A DNA stretch of 64,000 nt. Source: Azolla caroliniana (taxonomy: Eukaryota > Plantae > Polypodiophyta). The position numbers and the translations under genes are program-made. Shown in pieces: positions 51,670 through 61,909 of this stretch. The notes beneath the pieces were generated by a model, which saw only the letters and a list, made by a program, of their open reading frames with translations, did not search any database and had not been told where the DNA came from. Position 1 is the stretch's first letter, and each line of letters begins with the position of its first letter. The stretch is taken from positions 7,936,001 to 8,000,000 of the forward strand of contig JBHGNT010000021.1 of assembly GCA_043228905.1 (NCBI GenBank). The letters run 5' to 3'.

Positions 51670-52780
51670 TGTCGCGAAGATTCGCGCGTGCGCGTGCTAC
51701 TCGAGCGACCACCGGGGTCTTGGACTGGGGAGGACGTTCACGGAATTATCGAAGAGATGACGATCAATGTAAGATTAGATGAAATTGGTTTACTTGAGAA
51801 GAAGAAAGATTGTACACTTGAGAAGTAGAAAAATATAAAGAAGATAAAGACGAATATAATTATATTGAATGATAATGGTGTTGGTGATATCACATATTGA
51901 GCCCCCCTTACACAAGCTCAAGTAGAGGCTTTTATAGGTCTTTCCATGCTTGTGACATGGACAAAACCATGGGCTAAAACCATGGTTTTGTGCACACGGT
52001 TTTGCTTATGTCATGCACAAACCATGGGTTTAGAACCATGGTTTTGTGCACATGGTTTTCTAATGGTTGTTTCATCTATAATTCATATATGAAAAGTAAA
52101 TACATAAAATCTACACTATATGATAGTTATCCTAGTGGTAAGGCAATTATCTTGTATCTTATGTTGTCCAGAGGACAGAAATGTAAAATTAGGAAATTAG
52201 CAAACGCCGAGTCCGAGTATCACGGGCCACCGATGGCTCGATTGTGTGTTAGGGGAAAAGTTATTTAAACGAGGAGCAGTACCTCAGAGAAGGGGGAGAA
52301 GAAAATTATAGGCGGAAGCACTAGCTTAGTCATTTGTAATTAGATAAACTCGTAAGGTCACCGGCCATAGGCCGTGTTCTGTAATCCTTTTCTGCAATAG
52401 CAATATATCTTAATTGTTCCTATTTTGCTGCATGAGTCTGTGCTTTGATCCATACCTATGAGTTTCACGCCGCCATGTCTATCAAAACCGCATTAGTGTT
52501 TTCTCTCTGAGCCCTGTATCTCTCTCTACGCCTCTGTTACGAGCCTTCACGTACCACGCCCTTGAAGACCGATAGACGCAGATCTATCGAAGGTGTTCAC
52601 CCAAAGGAACGGGTAACATCTTAGAGGTGCAAGGTTCAAACCTTGCTTGCACCCCTCTGTATGAACTCAAGTGCCACTAGGCCTTAGGAGGCTTATTTGC
52701 TAAGTGTATGTGCAATGTTGCACATCCTTGGTTTATTCGTCTCACTCGGTTTCACACCGTAGCCGAAAATTGTCACAACA
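51670..52780 (-). mobile_element. Gypsy-related solo LTR inserted in the PBS of gypsy 2, 4-bp TSD ACGT
   Basis: TGTCGCG...CACAACA. ACGT at 51666-51669 and 52781-52784. Left end resembles the U5 end of the gypsy 1 LTR (cgcgcgtg...gaccac.ggggtcttg). Confidence 0.88.
52162..52618 (+). mobile_element. Solo LTR with 5-bp TSD TCTTA, nested in the solo LTR above
   Basis: TGTTGTCCA...GGGTAACA. TCTTA at 52157-52161 and 52619-52623. Related to 22865-23368. Confidence 0.9.
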
Positions 52781-54917
52781 ACGTGAAACAGGCGGCAAAG
52801 GAGTGAAGGATGAGGGAATCTGAGCTTGCTAAAGCTATGGCCGTAGCCGTCGACCAGCTAGTGAGTGCTCGCGAGGGAACGGGTGCCCTCGACAGGGCCA
52901 TTGAGTTGATCGTCAGCACCATAGGTCGATTCGGTGGGAAGAATGCCACGAGCTACTTGGAGGCCTACTGGGACGAAATGATCATGAGGGATATCTCGGT
53001 GGACAGGCAGCTGTCCGGATTCCCTCGGGTGGTGACGCCGAGCATCCACGCAGAGGTTCTTGAGGCGCTAGCCGGATGCCAGACTTGGGAGGAGTTCGAG
53101 CTATAGCTCCTCGAGATGTATGGGTTCGATGACTCGCTTCGGCTGTCGAAGCGAGACTTCATGGCATGGGTTGAGAGCCCTGGAAAGGGGAGGAACGCGT
53201 TGGTGCTCCTCCAGGAGTTCGAGAAATGGTTCACACGGCTGTCAACGCTGGACTGGACTGTGCTGGACACAAGCCGAGTACTACTATTCGTCAAGTCGGT
53301 GGATGCCATGGACCAGGAGAAGGTGGGTCTCCTATTGGAAATGGATGAAGGGCTCACGACAGACTGGGCCATGGTAAGGAGGGTCTACGGTCGTTTCGAC
53401 AAGCGGCAGGAGTGGAGCGACGAGGGCTCGTCGGCGGCAAGGCCGGTCCCGGCGAGGGAGCTCGAGGAGCCGGTGTCGGTATCGGCTAGGAAGGAAGAAG
53501 CTCGGAGTTGGCTTGAGATGGGCTCAACCCCGAGTGGAGTGGTCAAAGGTCCCTCCGGAGGCGCGGCTCTAGAAGAGCTATCGCAGATGGTGCGAGATCT
53601 CCAAATCGCACAGGCTCGGAGGGATAGCGGCGAACAGTCTCGTGACTGAAGGCCGCCGGCGGGGCAGCGGTGCATGTGGTGCAACGCAATCGGCCACATC
53701 CGGAAAGAGTGCGCGGATTTCGTCGAGGCACTCAGGAACAACGTGGTGTACCTCTGGAACGGGCGGGTGCACACGAGCGAGACCAGGAAAGCCCTAGAGT
53801 TGAGTACGGGTGTGGCGGAATGAAGCGGTTGATGGAAGAGGCCGCGACACGACATGCGGAGGCTGTTAACTACTCGGCGTCGGCGGGAATCCGGGTTGGG
53901 GGTGACAAGGCCCGGAAAGCGAAGGACTCCGGATTCTGGCCGTTGGTGCTAGAAGGTCTCTCCGGAGTACGACTGAAGAAGGAAGAGGTAGACTGCGCGG
54001 AACAGCGGATCCGGGAGGTCACCGGATGGGACGACTCGGTGGAAGAAAAGACTGGCTTCGTGGTAGCCACATGCCAGAACTACGAGGTTCTGGTAGAAGA
54101 CAAGCACGCGGGAAACGCCGGAGGGGCAGGCCCCTCGCAACGGTACGACACCCGGTTCGGACCGAAGCCAAATGAGGCCGCCAACGCTGGCCACTGGAGA
54201 AGAAGAAGCAAGCCGGTTTCCGGTTGAGCACCGAAATCGAACGAACAACGGACCTGCGGAAGGTCCTGGAAGAGAGAAGGTCGAGCTATCGTTACGGGAG
54301 GTGCTGGGAATCGCCAAGAAGGAGTTCCACGACTCCATTGTCGACTTGGTGAAGTGGAAGAGGCTCTCGACGGAGCTGGAACCGGAGAGGCTGGTGGAAG
54401 TGCAGACGATGCACTTAGAAGACACGACCCTAGAGGATGAGTTGGCGGAAAGCCACTACGCGAAGCCGCATTGGGTTAGGGCCACTACAGAAATCCCTGT
54501 TCGGATTGGCGACGTCCAGGAGTCGGTGGTGGCACTGGTAGACCACGGTTCGGAGATCAACTTGATGTCCATGGACTTCTATAAAAAGGGGAAATGGCCA
54601 ATCAACACCAAGCACATGTGGAAGATACGCGTGGCGACGCGCGCTACAAAGGAGCTGCATGGTGCGTGCCTGAACGTACGTGTGAAGATCGGTGATGTCA
54701 AGATAGATCAACATTTCTTCGTGCAGGAGACTTCCTCGCACCCAGTAATTCTCGACAAACCATACATTATGGCAACACACATGGAGACGAAAGTACTGAA
54801 CAATGGGTCGGCGTATGCGCGCGTCAAGAGCCAAGACGGTCGGCATTCCGTACAATTCATGACAGTGCGACCCAACCACGAGCGAAACCATGAGACCCTC
54901 GGCGCCAACAGTCGAGG

Positions 54918-54975
54918 GGATTTTTAGAGAGGGTTATCAAGGCGTGGGGCCGTGATAGTCCGGACACCCCGGAAG
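54918..54975 (+). promoter_or_regulatory. Putative -1 programmed ribosomal frameshift signal (gypsy 2)
   Basis: G GAT TTT TAG ends gag-PR. The -1 frame is open into RT. A downstream stem GGGTTATCA/TGATAGTCC follows. Confidence 0.7.
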
Positions 54976-57900
54976 AACCCCACACATGTATTTTAGGTAG
55001 GAAATTTTGGCTCTCCGAAAACGGAGGTTGGACACTAACTAAACTCAGTAGCCAGGAGAGGAAGCGGGCGGAGAGACGACTTAGGGAGTGTGGAGTCCTC
55101 TCCCCCGATGAAGAAATTAGCAGCGCCGTGGAGGCGGTCTCTTTTGACGACACCTTGGGCGAATTACGGGAGGTGGTCGGTAAAGGCCTTAGTGAAGATC
55201 GGACCGTTCCGGTTAGCTCAATGGGAATGTACGAAGTCATCGCGGACTTCGGGGAGAGGATCGAGTTGGATCGAATGGCCCGCGTGGATACGAAGTACAA
55301 GACTGTGGACCGGAAGGTGAGGCTAGTTGCGGCACCCTTGCCGGAGGGCAGCGGAGAGCGGATAAAGGGGGTCGCGTCAGACCCAAGTTTACGGAATCCA
55401 GTTGGCATAGGGCACCGGTTCACCGACATAACGCTACGGGAGCTCAAGGTTGGTGGGGGTGGATTTCTATGCCGGAGGAGGAGGACCGGTTTCAGAGGAT
55501 GCTTGGAAGGCACAGGAAGGCCTTCGCATTCTCGCCGGAGGAGATCGGGTGCGTAGACCCTACAATCGTCGAGCCAATGGTGATCTTCATGGTATTGCAT
55601 GTGTCGTGGAATCTCAAGTCGATTCCGGTGTCCAGAGCTCACATCCCGATGCTGATGGAGCTACTGAAGCAGAAGGTGGATATGGGCATCCTCCAACCGT
55701 CGAGTGCCCCATACTCAAATCAGTGGTTCACGGTGCCAAAGAAGAATGGCGTGTTGCACTTCATATAGGACTTGCAATCGGTCAACAAGGTGACCATCCA
55801 TAACGCAGGAATTGGGGTCCCTTTCTCCGAAGAGAAATCAACGTTCGGCCAGACGGAGATCCTGGTAGTCAGACACCTGTGCGGGCCGTACGGTCGGAAA
55901 CCGTCCCTGGCAAAGGTAGAAGCCATCTCCATGATGAAGGATGATTACGGGTCGGTCACGGAGGTCCGCCGATTCTTGGGTGCGTGCGCGTTCTACCACA
56001 TCTGGATTCCGCACTACGCACATGTCGCGAAACCGCTCTACGGGCTATTGAAGAAAGGGCGTAGGTTCGAGTGGAGGACGGAGCACACAGAGTCGGTCCG
56101 GAGACTGAAGGAGGCGCTTGCTGCGGCACCGGCTCTCCGGAAAGCGGTTTACGGCAAGGAAGTCCCCATCTACATGATGATGGACATGAACCCGACCGGG
56201 ATCGGGCACGGGTGATCAGTTAGGAGGACAAGGACGGCGTACGGTTCTCGATCTGGTTCGGGGCGAAGGTATTGAGCGAGTGGCAGCAAGGATATGTCCA
56301 AGTTAAGCACGAGCTATGGGGTATCGTTTCGGCAGTTAAGGCTGACAAAGACTATCTGATCGGGATGGAAGTAATCATTGAGACGGATTACCTACCGATT
56401 CTCGGTATGGTTTTCGGATGCGCGACGCTAGACCTGGCAATGCTTCGGTGGATAGCGTACATCAAGTCCCCGAATCCAGAAATGCGGCACATTTCCGGAA
56501 AGGACAACGCCATGGCCGACATGCTTTCGAGGGCGCGGTTCAGCGACGAGGACGGCATGGTTTCGGAAGACGAAGAAGTCGGCGAGAACTTATTCGGATC
56601 AGCTGGCATGACAACTGGGACGGGGAGCACTCCGGCGCTTAATGAGTTCGACGAGACCGAATACGACGGAGAGTGGCTCCAAATCGGGAGGTTCCTATGG
56701 ACGATGATGCCGGACGCACCGTGGATGAGAGAAGAGGCCTGCCAGGTGCGGAAGAATGCGTACCGGTTTTTCCTATGGGAAGGGTGCATATGGAAGCACC
56801 CAAAGAAGCGAAGCGGCACCCTGCTCCGCGTAGTGGCGAGGGAGGACGAGCAGAAAGCGCTGCTTATCGCGTACCACGAGAGTCCTTGGGCTGGACACCG
56901 TGGGACATGGGCCACATTCGAGAAGCTGAAGGGGAAGTACTGGTGGCCGGGACTATACCGGGACATGCATTGGTTCGTAACATATTGCGAAAGCTGTCAG
57001 ATGCACTCCATAGTCCGACATCGAGATGAGCTTCACCCGACCTACCCTCCGACCATCCACTTCAAGTGGATGGTGGATCTGGTGACGATGTCGATGGGGG
57101 TAGGGCAGATGCGATATCTGGTGCTGGCTCGGGAGGACGTGACGAACCAGGTGGAAGACCGAGCATTGTAGAACAAAACGACCGCGGCCATGTGCCGGTT
57201 TCTAATCGAAGATGTGGTATGCCGGCATGGGTGCGTCGGCAAGATCGTGGCCGACCGCGGGGAACTAGACGCGCAAGAGGCGGAAGAGCTGTTTGACCGG
57301 CTAGGGGTTAAACTCTCGCTCACCATGGCGTACAATCCGGAGGCTAACGGGAAGGTGGAACGTGGACACAGACCAATCGTCAAAGCGTTAGTACGGGCGT
57401 ATGGGGGCCAAGTCAGAAACTGGCCACGACTCTTGCCCTATGCGTTCGTTGTGGGCGGACCGGACTACGCACTGTTCGGTAACGGGGTTCATGCCGGCGG
57501 AACTAATGTACGGGCAGAAGCCGATCATGCCGGTGGAACGGACGATTTCTTCGTGGGCCGCGGTGGGCTGGAAGGAAGAAATGAGCCGGGAAGATTTGTT
57601 GGTGGCGCGGATCCAGCAACTTGAGCGGAGACCAAAGGATGTGGAACGGGCGAAGGAGAAGCTACGTTCAGCAAGGGAACGAAACAAAACCCGGTTCGAC
57701 CGGACGCACCGGCTATGACCAAAGAAGATCGAGGAAGGTGACTGGGTGTTGGTTTACGACAGCAGCCTCGACAACCAACACAAGGTGACCCGCAAATTCG
57801 CAAGGAGATGGTTCGGGCCCTACACGATGACGAGCACGAACGACATGTACCATCTTGCGGAGTTCGACGGGACATGATTGGCGTTGCCTTTAGCCGGGAA

Positions 57901-60690
57901 GCGGAATAAAGCGTTCAAGAAGCGGTACGAAGACGAGCCAGAGCGGGGGAGCGATAACGACGACGATCGGTTCGGGGACGCCGATAGTTCGAAGAGCGAC
58001 GAGTGAACGCAAGCCGGTTTTCTCCGGTATTTGTCCCTCTCCGGCGCATACCGGTGGATGCGCGGTTTGGTGGGGGTGGATGTCGTGAAGAAAACCGGCC
58101 AGAAGTGGAATCGGCGAAGTAGGGCGCATGAACCGGCCCTATGCTTTCCCACACCAATTAATACCTTGTACATAACTAGGAGTAGGACGGTGGGTGTAAT
58201 AGACTAGATGTGACACATCGAAAGTCTAGGGAATCAACGAGTATCTCTGTCCGAAAGGATAGAGAATAATATGATGAAAACGAGGGTGCAACGGCCTATA
58301 AAATGGCCTGCCTCGACAGCCTAAGGGGTATCGTGGATTAGTGAGGACGAAGTGCTGCCGGATCGGGTACCGAGCTCTCTCTCTTCTTTCTCCCACTCCT
58401 TGGTTCAAGGCCCCCGTGGTCCCGCCTCTTTCCACACGCAAAGAGCGTAACAACTCGACAGCGCCATCTCCCCCATGCTTGGTTGACTTCGGCTGCTCCC
58501 CTTATGTCCGCTTCCGGAATCTTCCGCGGGTCCGCCCTTGGCTTCTTCAGCCGATCCGAAATCGAATTCTTCATCCGACTCAGCGTCGCGGTCTTCTCTC
58601 CCCCTTCCGTGGTCATCCAAGACATTTCTCCCCCTCAATTTCGGAACGTCGACGTGACGCAACCCAAGCGCACCCGAGAATTGCCGCAACTTGTCCAGTG
58701 TAAGAGGCTTGGTGAAGATGTCGGCGGTCTGCCGATCTGTCGAAACATACTGAAGTTCGACTTCACCAAAAAGGACACGCTCACGGACAAAATGGTGCCA
58801 GTGATGACCAAGTCAATTAGGTCGGCGCCAGTGATGACCAAGTCATCAACATATAGTAAAATGCTGACCGGACCAAGTCGACCTTTCCAAATGAACAGGG
58901 AAGAGTCTGATTTTGACGTTGCAAAGCCCATTCGACACAGTTGTTGCGTGATCTTCGCATTTCAGGCACGCGGAGCTTGCTTCAGTCCGTAAAGGGACTT
59001 CTTCAATCGGCACACTGCTGACGTGTTCGTTCCGGAGTGAAATCCGGGGGGTTGTACCATGTACACCTATTCCTCAAGCTCACCTTGCAGGAACGTATTC
59101 TTTACATCCATCTGATGTAAGTGCCACCCCTTTGCTGTAGCTACCGCGAGCAAAACACGGACGGTCGTCATCTTTGCGACCGGCGCAAACGTCTCATCGT
59201 AGTCGATGCCGTGTTTCTGCGCGTAGCCTTTTGCTACTAACTGGGGCTTGTATCGGTTGACCGAGCCGTCAGTGTTGTACTTTACCTTGTACACCCACCT
59301 ACATCCGATCGGCTTCACACCCTTCGGTGCGTCAACCAGGTCCCAGGTCTCGTTTTCTGACAGTGTGTGCATCTCTTCCTCCATTGCGGCACGCCAATTC
59401 GCGTCCTTAGCTGCTTCTACGTAGCTCTCTGGCTCACGCACTTCTGCCACACGGGTCATGTACACATAATGATGCGCCATGTACTCGTTGTATCCGAACT
59501 GCACAACTGGGTTCTTCTGGCGGGTAGATCGACGTAATCGGTCATTAGCCGATGTCGAGGTCTTCTCGGCCGACGCGGACTTCGCTTTTGAAGACTCGTC
59601 ACCGCTGCCCTCGGATTCGGACTCGCATCGGTCTGGCTCGTTCCTATCTGTGCTGGAATCCGATACCTTCTTCACTTTCTCTTTGCGCATAAGCCGTCTC
59701 CTCGGCTTCCTACGCGGGGAATGCATGGCGGAGTCTCCACTACTCGCCGGCTCTTCATCGAACTGGTCGAACCGACTCAGTCGTCCATTCAGTATGCTTA
59801 ACCGAAACGAAATCAGACTCTCTTCGCGGGTCCCGATTTTAGGCTCATCCGGAGGCATCTCGGCCTCGCTGACCTCATCGTCAGAATTCAGATTGGAGAT
59901 GAGGTCTGGAGTCGGAGGCAAGTACCAGGACATGGACTCGTCAAACACAACATCGCGGCTCATGCGCGCTTGTTTGGTGCGCGGGTTATAACACTTATAA
60001 CCCTTCTGCTCGTCCGAGTAACTGACCAAAATACATTTCTCGGCCTTTGCATCCAACTTCCTCCGTTTCTCCTTCGGCACATGCACATACGCAATGCTAC
60101 CGAAAACTCGTAAGTGTCGCAAGTTCGGCTTCGTTCCGAAATATAGCTCATGCGCCGACACTTTGTCTCCGATCCGGTTCTGGATGTATACTGCGGTTCA
60201 TACCGCCTCGGCCCAATAGAACTTGGGCAAGCTTTTTTCTTCCAAAATTGCCCGCGCAGCTTCCACAACTGACCGATTTTTCCTTTCGGCCACGCCGTTT
60301 TGCTCCGGCGTGTATCTACAACTGAATTCGCGCCGAATTCCCATCTGTTGTAGATAACCGTTGAATTGACCGGAAAAGTATTCTTTTCCGCCATCCGACC
60401 GCAGGCACTTGATCTTCCTTCTTGTTTCTGTTTCGACGAACCCTTTGAGGTCCCGGAAATAGTCGAAGACTTCGCTCTTCCTCTCAATGAGGTAGATCCA
60501 CATGTGCCACGTGTAGTCGTCGATGAAGGAGACGAAATATCAGCTCCCGCCAAGACTAACGTTTTGTGCCAGCCCCCACACATCGGAGTGTATCAAATCA
60601 AGCTTGTTCCGGCTCCGGTTACGCTCATTGGGGAAGGGAAGTCGATGTTGGTTACCAAGTTGGTAGGCTTCACAAATTTGTGCCTCACTC

Positions 60691-61135
60691 TTCCTACAGT
60701 CACTCTCTCTCGGTTACGCTCTGTGCAACACTTCATTATGTTCTAAACGCACACACCACTTTATGTTTGCCCTAGGTGTATTTATACTCATACAGAGTAC
60801 TATGGACTATTTACAAATATAGCTGTTAATAATATTATTATTATCTAATAATAAATCAGTCAAACAGCCGAGTAATCGACTCCTATGTCGATTTTACAGT
60901 CGGCCCGAGTAGCCGACTCTTGTGTTAGCTATACAGTCGGCTCGACTAGTCGGTCTTGTCTTCGACTTGGATCATCCATTTCGCTATGTTATGGACTCTC
61001 CACATCGACTCTTTCTTCTCTTCGACTAGTGGTTCTTCCTTGGCCCGACTAGTCAGTTATTCCTTGTCTTCGGTTGTCAGCTCTTCCTTAGCCTGACCAG
61101 TCGGCTCCTCCCATAGGAGGGACATATTTCCAACA
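60691..61135 (-). mobile_element. Truncated copia-type LTR
   Basis: Minus strand starts TGTTGGAAATATGTCCCTCC, similar to the LTR start of element C. Contains ctatatttgtaaatag and a TATA-like box. U5 end lost at the junction with E. Confidence 0.7.
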
Positions 61136-61909
61136 AAATGGACCAGTACTTGCTCGGGCATGGCTATTGGAGTTACATCCATGGAGAAAAAGAAGTAGCG
61201 TCGGAGTCAACACACAAGGATTTCCCAGTTTGGGAACAAGGAGCAAGTAGAGTCTTGTACTGCCTTGCATCCTGTGTGCATGTTGAGAGACAAGCTCAAC
61301 ATGGGCCAAATCGGCTGAAGAAGCCGAGTGTTGAGAGCTGGGAGTTGAATCAAATAGAGTCTGAAGGATTCCGAAAGGTCGTTGAGGGCCTATATTTAAG
61401 TAAATAGGAATATTGTAGGAATAATTAGTGTTAGGCTCATTTATGAGCATTCAAGTACGGATGGTACTTGTGTCAACCCACTCGTTAGGGGCTTGTATAA
61501 AAAGTGCTCACTGAGCACAGTGTATGTATAGAGTGTTTATTATTCGTAATAGAAGTTGTTGTTTGCTCTCTCTATCTCTCTGTCTCTCTCATCAATCTCT
61601 GTGTTTACCTAACTATCGAGTTTCTGAAACCGACTGCTACTCGGTGTCTATTGCACACATTTCCGCACACGTATTCTTTTACATGGTATCAAAGTGTGAG
61701 GGTTGAAAATCCTCTGCAGTCGACAGAGACAAGTTTTCTCGTTTTCGGAAAAGAAAAGACAAGAACACGGACAGAGGAATGGGAAGCTCGATTCCAACCG
61801 ATAAGCTTGATAGGAGAAACTATACATCTTGGTCGTACAAGATGCACTAGTACCTGCTCGGGCACGGTTATTGGAGTTATGTCGAAGGAACTAATGATGC
61901 AGCACCCCA
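61136..61909 (+). mobile_element. Copia gag fragment (61136-61280), then LTR 61281-61683, PBS and gag start of an E/F-family element
   Basis: MDQYLLGHGYWSYI; TGTTGAGAGA...CTTTTACA; TGGTATCAAAG 61684-61694; second gag start MGSSIPTDKLDRRNYTSWSYKM at 61779. Confidence 0.82.

Larger units (their letters stand above)
51043..58460 (+). mobile_element. Ty3/gypsy element 2 (same family as gypsy 1), both LTRs present, flanks ACGT/GCGC
   Basis: LTRs 51043-51650 and 58081-58460. tRNA-Trp PBS from 51655, split by an insertion. Gag from 52810, PR 54172-54927, pol to about 58005 with the RT core deleted near 55820. PPT-like GGTGGGGGTGGA 58069-58080. Confidence 0.93.
50277..60690 (-). mobile_element. Ty1/copia element E (INT-RT-RH-extension-3' LTR), split by gypsy 2
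   Basis: ORFs 60198-60503 and 59067-60161 (INT, RT). Internal RT/RH deletion near 58795. PPT 50708-50719, 3' LTR about 50277-50707 (minus starts TGTTGAGAGACAGG). Confidence 0.88.
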
